Origin: Candidatus Hodarchaeota archaeon
GTDB taxonomy: Archaea; Asgardarchaeota; Heimdallarchaeia; Hodarchaeales; Hodarchaeaceae
Direction of reading: 5' to 3'
Assembly: GCA_016840035.1 (NCBI GenBank)
Contig: JAEOTC010000121.1
Coordinates: forward strand, 33,962-97,961
DNA length: 64,000 bases
Below the pieces are notes generated by a model. That model searched no databases. It saw only the letters and a list, made by a program, of their open reading frames with translations, and was not told where the DNA came from. This document shows positions 10,106 to 20,585 of the stretch, in pieces. The stretch's first letter is position 1, and each line of letters begins with the position of its first letter. The translations under genes and the position numbers were made by a program.

Positions 10106-11006
10106 AGAATTGTAAGAAAAACTCTTCGAGACTTGCAGGGGGATAGACAAGTTCTTCAGGATCCATAGCGAGAAGAGCTCCCATATTATCTTTAATTGAG
10201 TCCTCTGTTCTTATTAATAACCTAACGAAATTATCCTGTTTCCTATATTCTAGAAGTCTTTCACCAAACTCATTAAGACGGGATTCATCTGGGTTTTTTA
10301 GACGAGCTTCAAGAACACGTGGTACATCTTTATTTAAATCGTTAATATCTTCAACACTAATCAGAATACCATCTTTTACAATCCCAACACGATCACATAC
10401 TTTTTGTACCTCTTCCAGATTATGTGAACTCATGAATAACGTTTTACCCTCATTTTTAGATTGTAATAAAAGCTTAAACACTTCTTGTTGTAGTAATGGA
10501 TCTAATCCTGAGGTAGGTTCATCCATGATAAGAACGTCAGGATCATTCATAAAAGCAGAGACAATGCCTACCTTTTGTTTATTCCCTTTTGATAATTCAC
10601 CAATTTTTTTAGTTAGATGAGGAGTTAATTCAAACCGATCAATGATCTCTTGACGTCGTGATGCAGGTTTAGCGCGCATAGCTTCAATGTAATTAAGAAA
10701 TTCTTTAATCGTATAATACTCTGGAAGAGCTAACTCTCCAGGTATATAACCTATCTTCTCACGGAGCTTTGGATTATCACGAGTAACATTTTCTCCATTT
10801 ATTTTTATATATCCACTTGTTGGCAGTAATGTATTTATCATACAACGAATAGTTGTTGTTTTTCCAGCTCCATTTGGACCAAGAAAACCAAAAATTTCCC
10901 CACTTTTAACATTTAAATCTAAATTCTCTATCCCACAGGTTTTTCCATAATATTTTGTTAATCCTTTAATTTCTATTGTAATATCAGAGCTCAAATTCTT
11001 CACCAC
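10071..11006 (-). CDS. ABC transporter ATP-binding protein
   Basis: Walker A GPNGAGKTT, signature LSKGNKQKV, Walker B VLIMDEPTSGLD. Probable GTG/TTG start; the ORF track extends to 11030. Confidence 0.85.
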   Translation of the reverse strand: MVKNLSSDITIEIKGLTKYYGKTCGIENLDLNVKSGEIFGFLGPNGAGKTTTIRCMINTLLPTSGYIKINGENVTRDNPKLREKIGYIPGELALPEYYTIKEFLNYIEAMRAKPASRRQEIIDRFELTPHLTKKIGELSKGNKQKVGIVSAFMNDPDVLIMDEPTSGLDPLLQQEVFKLLLQSKNEGKTLFMSSHNLEEVQKVCDRVGIVKDGILISVEDINDLNKDVPRVLEARLKNPDESRLNEFGERLLEYRKQDNFVRLLIRTEDSIKDNMGALLAMDPEELVYPPASLEEFFLQFYEGKKGEIVDN

Positions 11007-11337
11007 GATTAGAAATAGAAATAAAAACAATAATCTGTTTAAATTGAATAAAAATTATGCTAGAATCAATATCTAAAATTTATCTGTTTAGTTACAATTT
11101 TTCAAAGTCCGAATTTAAAGACTGTTGGTTTAGGTAATTTGGTTTGAAAAAGAACCATTTCAGGCCAGTTCTTCTTCTATATATGTTTTATATTGAAAAT
11201 AAGATTGAAAAACCTAGTAGAACGCAAACAATGAATTCTTCTTTCAGAAAATTACTCGAATTAACCTCAATGATATTTGTAAATAGTTTTAATGTATGAT
11301 AAAGATTGAAAGTTCGGTAACACTCCTAGGTGTTTGA

Positions 11338-12444
11338 ATGGCTTATACATTTCCCCAAATGCAATATATAGTACTCTCGTGGTTATCCGTCCTTTTGGCT
11401 ATAAGTGGAACAATTATTGTATTTAGGATATATCGGAAACTTAGAGCTAAACCATTGATCTATCTAGAATTAATTTTAATATTTCTGATCCCATATAATA
11501 TTTCTCATGGTTTGTTATTTCTTGTGGGGTTTGAGGACCAGTCTGTAATGGAACTACTTTTTCGAATTCAAATGGTTTTCCTTTTCATTGTAGTTTTCTT
11601 CCTAGTTTTCTTTATAGAGTCACTAAGAGCTGATAGTCCTTCACCATTCATCTTGATGGCGCTTGGTTTAGGAATAGGTAATGGATTAGTCATGGCTATC
11701 ATTCCTGACTCCATTCAATTCGATCTTGAAATAGGCCCTTATCTTGCAGATTTTGCACGGATAGTATTTGGAATTGATCTAGTGTGTCTAGCAATTCTTT
11801 TAACCTTAAGAATTGGTAGGTTCATTCCATACGTCCCCGAAAAATACTTTAAACCGGCTCTCCTCTTTTATTTTGGGTGTTTAAGCCCTATCTTATTTCC
11901 ATTGGTATTAGTAAGTACAAAAATATCGTTAGTGATATTAGGGATAGAAATCTTAAGTGTAGCATTAGGTACATTCATTGTAATTATTGCAATATTACTT
12001 GATGAACGTGTATTACGAGTTTTACCTTTCAATGCTTATCGAATATCTGTCATCAATATGAACATTGGATTATCGATTTTTGATGTTCTTTTTAAGGCAA
12101 AACAATCAGGCCCTAATTCTAGTGTCCTCATTCCACATTTAATGACTGCAAATTTCCAGTTTGTACAATCTGTTATCCATGATACGGAAAAAATTAAATC
12201 AATTGAGACTGATAATTATTATTTCATATTTGAAGCTTATAAAGATATAGTAGCGTTTGTCATCGCTGATAAAACCTCAATGTTGATCAAATCTTCATTA
12301 AAGGAATTTGTTAAGAGCTTTTATGAAAAGTTTGGAGAAACTATTGACTCCTCCGAGATTAGTCAATATACCAACGCAGGAGCATTATTGGAATTATATT
12401 TTGCTTATCTCCCAGCATATAAAATTGTTTCTATCGGTTCTTAA
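11338..12444 (+). CDS. polytopic membrane protein (7–8 TM) with cytoplasmic C-terminal domain
   Basis: Hydrophobic N-terminal 230 aa, soluble C-terminal 130 aa. Lies directly upstream of the PAS histidine kinase on the same strand. Confidence 0.6.
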   Translation: MAYTFPQMQYIVLSWLSVLLAISGTIIVFRIYRKLRAKPLIYLELILIFLIPYNISHGLLFLVGFEDQSVMELLFRIQMVFLFIVVFFLVFFIESLRADSPSPFILMALGLGIGNGLVMAIIPDSIQFDLEIGPYLADFARIVFGIDLVCLAILLTLRIGRFIPYVPEKYFKPALLFYFGCLSPILFPLVLVSTKISLVILGIEILSVALGTFIVIIAILLDERVLRVLPFNAYRISVINMNIGLSIFDVLFKAKQSGPNSSVLIPHLMTANFQFVQSVIHDTEKIKSIETDNYYFIFEAYKDIVAFVIADKTSMLIKSSLKEFVKSFYEKFGETIDSSEISQYTNAGALLELYFAYLPAYKIVSIGS

Positions 12445-12547
12445 GAGACGATACCCCTTTAGACCAATCCCTTGGGTATCCATTCATTTACTCATTTCTG
12501 GAGGGGGAAATTTTTATTTTATACATAGTTACCCTTATTGATACTTC

Positions 12548-13987
12548 ATGGGACAAAATATACTCAGTTCACAACTCATTTCGGTACTTGATGCCATGAT
12601 AGATCCAGTCCACATTATAGATAGAGATTTCACAATCATATTCATGAATGAGGCGTTTAAAAAATGGAACGCCCATTTTGGGTTTAAATCACAAGTGATT
12701 GGGAAAAATTTGACTGAAATTTTTCCTTTTTTGTCAGATAGACCATTAGCCGAGTATAAATATATTTTTGATACAGGGGAGGCAATGGCCATTGCTGAAA
12801 GGACAAATCATCGACGAGAAGAATTCTATAATATCCAACGCATCCCAATAATGGACGGGGTTACCAATGAAGTTTCTAACATAGTTACAATTATCCGTGA
12901 TGTAACTAAAAGTGTTAGTGTTATGGAAGCGCTTAAAGAATCGGAAAGAAAGTACCGATCGCTAATTCAGACAATGGGAGAAGGAGTATGGGTAACAGAC
13001 AGATTAGATAGAACGATCTTAGTTAATTCAACACTCTTAAAGATGCTAGACTATTCGGAAAGCGAAATGCTCGGAAGAAAAGTAAGCGAGTTTTTAAGCC
13101 CAGAGTATCTTGATGCATTTGAGGAGGTACGGGAACAACGTTTGTCTGAAGAAGTACCTGCTTCAACTTATGAATTGGTGTTTTTAACGAGAAACGGTTT
13201 AACAGTCCATACTAGAGTGGCAGGGACAGCATTATATAATGAAGAGAATGAGATGATTGGTTCATTTGGAGTGATCTCTGATATTTCGACTGAAAAAAGA
13301 TTTCAACAGCTTCAAGAACGATTTATTGGAGTAACAGCTCACGAATTAAGAACGCCTTTAGCGATTATTTCTGGGTACTTAGAACTTCTACTAAAAAATC
13401 CCTCAAATACTAAAGAACATCAAGACATTTATGATGCAATGTTCAAAAACGCAGCAAGGTTGCATCAGCTCGTACAATCGGTACATGACCTAACGGCAAT
13501 CCAAGCTAATGTTTTTACCATCAATCCAACAAAAACCAATCTATTTGAGTTTATTTCCCAATTTAAAATACAAATCAAAATGCTTTATCCAGATCGAATG
13601 ATTATTATTGACGAATTACTCCACACACTTCAGATTGATCTAAATATAGATGCTAATAGAATAACACAGGTATTAGAGAATCTTGTGGATAACGCAGCTA
13701 AAAATTCACCTAAAAACAAGATCATAGCAATCAGCTTTAGTCATACGGAGGATTCTCTCCATGTTACAGTTCAGGATGAGGGAACGGGAATATCCAACCA
13801 GAAACTCTTTCAATTATTTCAACCCTTTTCTCATATCCCTAGTGAGTACTCTCAACGAGGGACAGGTTTGGGACTTTACATTGTAAAATCCATTATTTCT
13901 GCACATAATGGGATAATGAGTGTCTTTACACAGGAAAACAAAGGTAGCTGTTTTTCTGTATCGATTCCTAGCATTGATGAACAGTGA
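12548..13987 (+). CDS. PAS-domain sensor histidine kinase
   Basis: Two PAS-like modules. H-box is VTAHELRTPL; the ATP-lid region shows N-box DNAAKNS... and G-boxes QDEGTGIS and GTGLGLYIV. Confidence 0.85.
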   Translation: MGQNILSSQLISVLDAMIDPVHIIDRDFTIIFMNEAFKKWNAHFGFKSQVIGKNLTEIFPFLSDRPLAEYKYIFDTGEAMAIAERTNHRREEFYNIQRIPIMDGVTNEVSNIVTIIRDVTKSVSVMEALKESERKYRSLIQTMGEGVWVTDRLDRTILVNSTLLKMLDYSESEMLGRKVSEFLSPEYLDAFEEVREQRLSEEVPASTYELVFLTRNGLTVHTRVAGTALYNEENEMIGSFGVISDISTEKRFQQLQERFIGVTAHELRTPLAIISGYLELLLKNPSNTKEHQDIYDAMFKNAARLHQLVQSVHDLTAIQANVFTINPTKTNLFEFISQFKIQIKMLYPDRMIIIDELLHTLQIDLNIDANRITQVLENLVDNAAKNSPKNKIIAISFSHTEDSLHVTVQDEGTGISNQKLFQLFQPFSHIPSEYSQRGTGLGLYIVKSIISAHNGIMSVFTQENKGSCFSVSIPSIDEQ

Positions 13988-13996
13988 GAGTTAAAT

Positions 13997-14881
13997 TTAC
14001 CCTTGTAAGCTATTACTCAAAAAATCAAGAACGGTATGTTTATATTCAGGTAAATATTCATGATTGAAGTGGGTACCTTCCTCTGGAGTCCATAATTGTG
14101 CATGTTTAATCGTTGTGCTTAATTCCTTGGAATAAGTGTAGGGGAAAATAATATCCTGTTTTCCATGAATTATTAAAGTAGGGACACTTATTTGTGGTGC
14201 AACATCTAAAGGACTGTAATCTCCTCTTTTAAACCTTCTAAATATTCTCCGAGTAATAAATGAAATACCTGGCATTAATACCGGTGTTAGTATCCGAAGT
14301 GCAGGCTTGTAGACAAATCTTAAACTGAAGGGAAATGCATACGGAGGAGATTCTGCAATGATTGCTTTAACTTGGGAATTTTTTACACCAGCCAAGAGCG
14401 CTGCTCCTCCTCCGATTGAATGGCCACATAAAATTACCTGTTTAGACCACCAAGAAATTGTTGCTTTTAGATCCTGAGTAAAACGTATTATACTCATCCC
14501 GAAAAATTCTTTATCGGAATTTCCATGATCTCTTGCAGAGATAAGAATTGTTGTATAACCTTTTTCACCAAAAATCTTTGCTCGTGCAACCATACGTCCT
14601 CTATTACGTCCCCAACCATGAAGAAGTATTACTGCTGGCTTACTATCCTCTGATTCCTCTTTATTGTCTAAATTTTCACTAGGTACAACAACCCAGCATT
14701 CTAATTTTTTATTATTTACTGTAGGAATCGAATATTCTTCTATCCTTCCCCAATCAGGGATATCTGGCACTGGATCCCTCGGAAGTTTAGCTAAAATAAA
14801 CATGATTACGATGCAGAGTATTAAGTAACCCAGGATTAAGGAAATCATAACTAGACTTAATTGGAGAAGAATTTCGACCAT
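13997..14881 (-). CDS. alpha/beta hydrolase with N-terminal membrane anchor
   Basis: N-terminal TM helix, then HGWG and a nucleophile elbow GHSIGG. Confidence 0.75.
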   Translation of the reverse strand: MVEILLQLSLVMISLILGYLILCIVIMFILAKLPRDPVPDIPDWGRIEEYSIPTVNNKKLECWVVVPSENLDNKEESEDSKPAVILLHGWGRNRGRMVARAKIFGEKGYTTILISARDHGNSDKEFFGMSIIRFTQDLKATISWWSKQVILCGHSIGGGAALLAGVKNSQVKAIIAESPPYAFPFSLRFVYKPALRILTPVLMPGISFITRRIFRRFKRGDYSPLDVAPQISVPTLIIHGKQDIIFPYTYSKELSTTIKHAQLWTPEEGTHFNHEYLPEYKHTVLDFLSNSLQG

Positions 14882-15064
14882 AAAATGACCCTCTTTAGAG
14901 GAAATGTTTATGAGTTCTCATACTCCTTGGATTAACAATCTTTCAACAATCCTTTATATTTCATTCTTGATCTTGAATAAAATATTAATTATAAGAAAAT
15001 AAGGAAGTTTCTAACGAATTAAATTCTAGAATCCCTGGAAAACCAATTAGAAGAGGAAATAATA

Positions 15065-15643
15065 ATGAGTGATAAAGCAGAATATGAATACTGTCGATTA
15101 TGTGGGTATGTACGACGAGTGGGTAAAGGAGGAGTATGTCCTGCGTGTGGAGCAAGAGAAAGAGCATTCCTACCATATGAACATAAAGCTTCAGAGCAGA
15201 GACGCATGTTCTTAAAATTAGATGTACATCCTGTATCTGTTCACTTCACGATTTCCTATATTGCAGTGATCGCATTGCTGTATATAATCTCTATATTCTC
15301 TTCTGAATTGGTTGGAATATCAATAGAAGGAACGAGAGATCTTCAAATTATCTTTTTCCCATTTCTAGTCATTGGAGGTGGAATTACAGGGATTATTGAC
15401 GGAAAAATTCGTTTTAGAAAGCTTACCACTCCTTATCTACAACGAAAAATTATTTTAGGAAGCGGTCTATTTGTTATTTCAGTTCTGATCTTTTTCGTAC
15501 ATAATCTTAGCACAACAGATGGATTGATCGGATTACTTGAAGGATTGTTGATTTTCTCAGCATTTGGAATTGCAAGCTACCTAGGTTGGATTGGTGCAGA
15601 AATGATATGCCCCATAGTTCCAGTCGGAAGACCGAAAGAGTAA
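15065..15643 (+). CDS. membrane protein with N-terminal zinc ribbon
   Basis: CRLCG...x11...CPACG followed by four hydrophobic helices. Confidence 0.6.
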   Translation: MSDKAEYEYCRLCGYVRRVGKGGVCPACGARERAFLPYEHKASEQRRMFLKLDVHPVSVHFTISYIAVIALLYIISIFSSELVGISIEGTRDLQIIFFPFLVIGGGITGIIDGKIRFRKLTTPYLQRKIILGSGLFVISVLIFFVHNLSTTDGLIGLLEGLLIFSAFGIASYLGWIGAEMICPIVPVGRPKE

Positions 15644-15718
15644 TATTGAAATCAAAATGGATCAAAATTAGGATGCAAGAGGTAATCATAACTGTCACCA
15701 CAAGTAAGGTCTGTTAAA

Positions 15719-15835
15719 ATGATCTGCCCATCCTGTGGAAAACGACAAGGAAATTGTTTCGTATATTGTGTGATGTGTGGAACAAGACTTAAAACCGACT
15801 CTATCCAATTAACCCATCAAATCGAAAAAGAATGA
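15719..15835 (+). CDS. candidate 38-aa zinc-ribbon micro-protein
   Basis: MICPSCGKRQGNCFVYCVMCGTRL... has CPxCG...CVMCG. Too short for the ORF track. Confidence 0.3.
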   Translation: MICPSCGKRQGNCFVYCVMCGTRLKTDSIQLTHQIEKE

Positions 15836-15838
15836 GCA

Positions 15839-16948
15839 TCAGCGCTCAATTTTGGGAAACGATTTGATATTGGAGAGAGGTTCTTCTACCATATAATCAT
15901 AAGATGTTTTCCACTCTTGTTTATTAAAATCAAAGTTCTCAGGATAGAAATAGTAAAGCATAGATCCTTGAACTTTCGTGTCAAGCACATGTACCTTAAA
16001 ATTCGGGATATTTTGCCATCCTGCATAAGTGAAATCAGAAGCCTGTCCTGGACTCATGGTTATCCAAACGAGAAGTTTATTGTCTTTCAGAATATCTAGC
16101 GATAAAAAGAAAGGGGGAGCATCTGTTCTTACTCTATCATATAATTGCTCTTGTTTATGTTGATCAACTTCCGATCCGAAGGCGATAATAGTTTCAGTAA
16201 GGTCAAAAATCTCTCTATCATACATGAATCTATATGAACCAATAAATTTTTCTTTGACTGTTATATAATCTTTCAGAACAACATCTTTGTCTTGACCTGT
16301 TTTAATACAAATGTCATCTACTGTTAAAGAGGCATTGGCAGTAATCAATCTTAGAATTTTTGCTTGGGAGGGTGTAAATTCTGAAAGATTCTTCTTAGAT
16401 TCATCTGGAGTGGGTAAAGGAGGTGGATCAGTATCAAAAGTTGCGAACCAAATAGACCAAATGAAACTCCAACTTGATGTTCCTGAGTTATATTTTTCTA
16501 AGTCTGGATGAGAAGTTACTCTTATTCCACTGCTTTCTGAAATTTCGAACGAAGTAACAATTCTCTGTTCCAAAAGTTTATCAAATAAAATTTGGATGTT
16601 TCTCTTTGTTCCAATCGGGATGTCAAATTGAATAAACATCCCTATATTTCCACCAAATATTCTAGTCCGATAGTGAGTATATGGATGAGCCGTACATAAT
16701 TCTTCGATAATTTCAAGACATGAAAAATTGGGAAGTATAGTGATAACGTGTATACGCTCCAATCCCAATGATTCAGGGTTATATATTGCAATTGGATCTT
16801 GGATTACACCTTCGGTTTTTAAGAAAGAATACCGTTTTACTGCTTCTTGTTCTGTTAAATTTACTTGTCTGGCGAGCTCACTCATAGACATAAAAGGATC
16901 TTGATTTAATGCAAGTAAAATTGCAAAATCCTCAAATTTGAGCTCCAT
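15839..16948 (-). CDS. putative transcriptional regulator with two winged-HTH-like regions
   Basis: The N-terminus FAILLALNQDPFMSMSELARQVNLTEQEAVKRYSFLKTEGVI resembles Lrp/AsnC/TrmB-type HTH. A second HTH-like stretch sits around LTVDDICIKTGQDKDVV. Confidence 0.55.
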   Translation of the reverse strand: MELKFEDFAILLALNQDPFMSMSELARQVNLTEQEAVKRYSFLKTEGVIQDPIAIYNPESLGLERIHVITILPNFSCLEIIEELCTAHPYTHYRTRIFGGNIGMFIQFDIPIGTKRNIQILFDKLLEQRIVTSFEISESSGIRVTSHPDLEKYNSGTSSWSFIWSIWFATFDTDPPPLPTPDESKKNLSEFTPSQAKILRLITANASLTVDDICIKTGQDKDVVLKDYITVKEKFIGSYRFMYDREIFDLTETIIAFGSEVDQHKQEQLYDRVRTDAPPFFLSLDILKDNKLLVWITMSPGQASDFTYAGWQNIPNFKVHVLDTKVQGSMLYYFYPENFDFNKQEWKTSYDYMVEEPLSNIKSFPKIER

Positions 16949-16984
16949 CTATTTTCACACGCTAATTATTAAAGTATTTTAAGT

Positions 16985-17545
16985 TTAAATCATTAACAAC
17001 GTTCTTACAGGTTCAGTACCACCTCGTCCTCCAGGTGGGTCAAAGATTAGAGAGTCATACGAGTGAATTGCACTTTTATAAGCTATATATGCGGTACAAT
17101 GTATACCAACTGTATACCAGCCTGATTCTGTTGCATGATTAAACATATACAGGACCGACTGTTCGGAGGGTTCCGTCTTAAGATAATATCTATGTTTAAA
17201 CGTCAAACCAGATGGGAGTTCTAAGCCAACATCAAGCTTATAAAAATAAATAATATCCCAATCTTCTAAATGAAAATCTAAGGTAAAATGAACCACGATG
17301 TCGTCTTCTTCACCATCAAAATCTGCATCACAATAGTAGGCACGGTCAATGGTAATTGTCATTTTTACAGGTTTGATTCTTTCCCATTCAACCTCATCCT
17401 TTTCAACGTCGTCCCTTTCTTCCTCAACCCATTCGTCATCATAAATCGTGTAACCTTCGTGAGCTAAAATTGGAAAAGAAGAAGCGCTTATAAGAAAAAT
17501 AAAGAGAATAAGACAACCTAATCCTAGAAACTGTTTCTTTTTCAT
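16985..17545 (-). CDS. secreted hypothetical protein
   Basis: N-terminal signal peptide MKKKQFLGLGCLILFIFLISASS, followed by an acidic region. Confidence 0.55.
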   Translation of the reverse strand: MKKKQFLGLGCLILFIFLISASSFPILAHEGYTIYDDEWVEEERDDVEKDEVEWERIKPVKMTITIDRAYYCDADFDGEEDDIVVHFTLDFHLEDWDIIYFYKLDVGLELPSGLTFKHRYYLKTEPSEQSVLYMFNHATESGWYTVGIHCTAYIAYKSAIHSYDSLIFDPPGGRGGTEPVRTLLMI

Positions 17546-17629
17546 AGAAAATATACTCCTGTGTAAATTGAGGAATTATAACTACGACATAATTTTTATA
17601 CATTTGCGAGGATAGATTTACTAGACCGG

Positions 17630-17639
17630 TTTATATATA
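17630..17639 (-). promoter_or_regulatory. putative TATA box (TTTATATATA)
   Basis: Strong TATA-like element, about 85 nt upstream of the minus-strand ATG at 17545. Confidence 0.25.
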
Positions 17640-17778
17640 GACGGGTGCAAAAATATGCGTCCATTCGTAAAAAACGAGTTCCTAGGATTCGTTTTAAACT
17701 TTTTTAATTTTTAGAAAGGGAGTAAATAGAAAAAAAAGAATTTTCTCCCTCTGATCCCTTGTTCAATTTTTTTGGTAT

Positions 17779-19371
17779 CTATTCGAGTCTATCTAAATGG
17801 CGCACACCAATGTAGAGAAGTAAAGCCCCAAGAGATAGTGTAGAAAATGCAACAACCACCATAATATAATAAAACGAGTCTATGATCCCAAAAGTTACAT
17901 AGAGATACATATCCAGCATGATTAAACCAAAGAAAAAAGGAATCATTATTACAAATATGATAACCTGCATGTTGATCATGTATTCGGGAGCTTTTTCGTG
18001 ATATGCAGGATTACGAAGGAATAAACCGGTGGAAAACAAAGTTAATCCAATGGCCATGGCCATTTGAAATCCTACATTAAAAAATATTTCATAAAGCTTG
18101 ATTCCAGGAACCAGAAGAGAAATGATGACTTCTAGTATAATGGCTAGTGGAACGATAATTAGGAAATAATGAGTTAATTTCATTTTGACAAAGGAGGTAG
18201 TGGTCACAGGCGTTTGTTTGTAAAGCAAAAGATTTTCTTTTCCTTGTATCGCTATTTCTCCTACAATAAAAGCTGTAAGAAGCGGCGTGATCATTATTGT
18301 ACTAACGATTGCTCCTTCAGAGTCTTCAGGTTGCATCAAAAAAATATTCATCGCTGCAACCAACGCGATAACATACAATAACATTGTCAAATTACGAATG
18401 GTTCTAACATATCCTTTCCAACTAGCAACTACCATCGTAGCAAAGGGGCCATTTCCGAGTAACTGTCTTAAGAATCGGTAAAACATCCTATCGGGTTTAG
18501 CCTTAGCAGCTGAAAAAGATTTAAGTTCTAAACTGTATAAACGATTTGCTAGTACTATTCCAAAAAGAAACACAAGAGCGGTGAAAACCACAAGAAATAA
18601 AGCAGGAAAAAGTGCATTAGAACTGATTGCGGAAAGATCACCAGGATTTCTAGCAAATTCTATAATTATTTCTGCTCCCCAGGAACTAGGAAATAAGTTT
18701 AAAATATCTTCAAACCATTTTCCTTTCTCAGGATCCAGAAGAAAGTCAAAATAACCACCCATTGCAGCATACATAATCCCAACTAGGGGAATAACCATTA
18801 GAAATGCTACACCTTTTCCAATATCTCGTCCACGAGCATTTTTCATTAGAAATGATCTGACAAGAACAGCTGTAACATTCCCCATCCATGAAGCTGTTAA
18901 AAAGGTCAGAACGAAAATTGCTAGAATAATAAGTACCTGGAAGACATCAATCCCCAGAGGAATCATACCTATTGTGAAAAAACTTCCAATTATCAAAGCA
19001 AAAGTCACATAAAAAGGCATTTTACCAAGGAATTCACCAAAAAGTAAATTTCCAGGACGAATTGGGGTAGAAAACAAATTCTCAAAATGATGGTCCTGGA
19101 TATCTTGGAGAATACTCATCAAGGGGAAAATGAAAAACATTAGGAAGAAGAAAAATAGAATAAATTGGACAAGGACAACGGCGACAAGTGAATATACGTA
19201 AGTATCCATTTCTGAAAGCATAGATTCGGCTAGAGATGGCCCCAAATAGAAAATCCAAAACACTAATCCCCCACCAAGTAGATAAGGAAGGAATGGACGA
19301 AGTTGACGAAAACGACTTGTTATTAGCCGGTAATCTGCCTTTGCAATTATCCACCATTGAAAAGACATCAT
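17779..19371 (-). CDS. ABC-2 type transporter permease, large
   Basis: About 12 predicted helices. ATGATG at 19371 lies 4 nt after the TAG stop of the upstream ATPase gene; the ORF track extends in frame to 19443. Confidence 0.7.
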   Translation of the reverse strand: MMSFQWWIIAKADYRLITSRFRQLRPFLPYLLGGGLVFWIFYLGPSLAESMLSEMDTYVYSLVAVVLVQFILFFFFLMFFIFPLMSILQDIQDHHFENLFSTPIRPGNLLFGEFLGKMPFYVTFALIIGSFFTIGMIPLGIDVFQVLIILAIFVLTFLTASWMGNVTAVLVRSFLMKNARGRDIGKGVAFLMVIPLVGIMYAAMGGYFDFLLDPEKGKWFEDILNLFPSSWGAEIIIEFARNPGDLSAISSNALFPALFLVVFTALVFLFGIVLANRLYSLELKSFSAAKAKPDRMFYRFLRQLLGNGPFATMVVASWKGYVRTIRNLTMLLYVIALVAAMNIFLMQPEDSEGAIVSTIMITPLLTAFIVGEIAIQGKENLLLYKQTPVTTTSFVKMKLTHYFLIIVPLAIILEVIISLLVPGIKLYEIFFNVGFQMAMAIGLTLFSTGLFLRNPAYHEKAPEYMINMQVIIFVIMIPFFFGLIMLDMYLYVTFGIIDSFYYIMVVVAFSTLSLGALLLYIGVRHLDRLE

Positions 19372-19375
19372 CTTT

Positions 19376-20167
19376 CTATGCCCTCCAGGGGAGAGAACTT
19401 GAACTAGGATTACCCCCAGTAATTGCAATAAATGCTTCTTCAAGAGTTTTGGTCTGTGTCTGCTCCTTAATATCTGTGATGGTGCCTACAGCAATCAATT
19501 GACCTTTATGGATAATACCGATACGATCACATAATTCTTCGACTACTGGTAATCTATGACTGCTTATTAGAATAGTTTTACCTCGTTCAGACATGCTTTT
19601 CACCAACTCTTTGACAGTACGAGCAGCTCTCGGATCAAGACCAGCTGTAGGTTCATCTAGAAAGATTACTTCTGGATTATGAATTATCGCGGAAGCTAGC
19701 AACACCTTCTGACGCATTCCTGTGCTGAATCCCTCAATTAGGTCATTTTTTCTATCTGAAAGATCGAAGAATGTTAAGAGTTCATTTATGCGAGTCTTAA
19801 GCTCATTTTTCCTCAGACCATATAGGGCTCCCATAAGCTCTAGAAACTCAAAGGCTGAGAGCTTTGCATGGACTCCAGGAGATTCTGCAAGCAATCCGCA
19901 TATGGATTTAACCTGCTGTGCATCTTTTAAGATGTCAAAACCATTTATACTCGCTGTACCGTTAGTAGGTTTTATCAATCCATTTAACAATCGGAGTGTA
20001 GTTGTTTTTCCAGCTCCATTTGGACCGAGGAGCCCAAAAGTCTCTCCTTGATGAATAGTTAATCGTAATTCATCAACAGCTCTGATTCGTCCATTTGAAT
20101 AATATTTGGAGAGATCTTTGATCTGTATTAAGCCATTTGATATATTTAAACTTTTGTTTGTTTGCAT
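19376..20167 (-). CDS. ABC transporter ATP-binding protein
   Basis: Walker A GPNGAGKTT, signature FSTGMRQKV, Walker B VIFLDEPTAGLD. Confidence 0.85.
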   Translation of the reverse strand: MQTNKSLNISNGLIQIKDLSKYYSNGRIRAVDELRLTIHQGETFGLLGPNGAGKTTTLRLLNGLIKPTNGTASINGFDILKDAQQVKSICGLLAESPGVHAKLSAFEFLELMGALYGLRKNELKTRINELLTFFDLSDRKNDLIEGFSTGMRQKVLLASAIIHNPEVIFLDEPTAGLDPRAARTVKELVKSMSERGKTILISSHRLPVVEELCDRIGIIHKGQLIAVGTITDIKEQTQTKTLEEAFIAITGGNPSSSSLPWRA

Positions 20168-20192
20168 TAGATTTTCAACTTCGTTAATTCAA

Positions 20193-20585
20193 TTATTTGA
20201 TTCTATTTCCACACGTTGTACAAAAGAAATCATTTCTATTAACTATAGAACCGCAATCGGAGCAGTAATCATATTTCAATCTGGAGTGGTCAATCCATTC
20301 TGTTTGAAGGTGGTTAGAAGGACTCACTTTGTATTTAATTGATCGACCAGTAGCTCTATTAGACTGTTTTGACTCTAGTACAACTATTATAGGAATTACA
20401 GACGCAATGATCATAATTATTCCCAGTATAACAAATACACTAGAGATAGAAATCTCTTTTACGAAAATTATTCCAATCATACCTAGTGCAAGGAATATTA
20501 AGAGAAAAGATGCAATTAATAGACCTACTAAGTTGGGTTTCTGCCCATCATTTGAAGGTGGAATGTATGGAATTATTGGAATCAT
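20193..20585 (-). CDS. membrane protein with C-terminal zinc ribbon
   Basis: Three hydrophobic helices, then CSDCG...x12...CTTCG. Confidence 0.55.
   Translation of the reverse strand: MIPIIPYIPPSNDGQKPNLVGLLIASFLLIFLALGMIGIIFVKEISISSVFVILGIIMIIASVIPIIVVLESKQSNRATGRSIKYKVSPSNHLQTEWIDHSRLKYDYCSDCGSIVNRNDFFCTTCGNRIK

Noticed and set aside
12308-12541. 77-aa ORF spanning the end of the membrane-protein gene and the intergenic region
   Set aside because: Out-of-frame overlap with the upstream CDS. Low-complexity translation with no motif.
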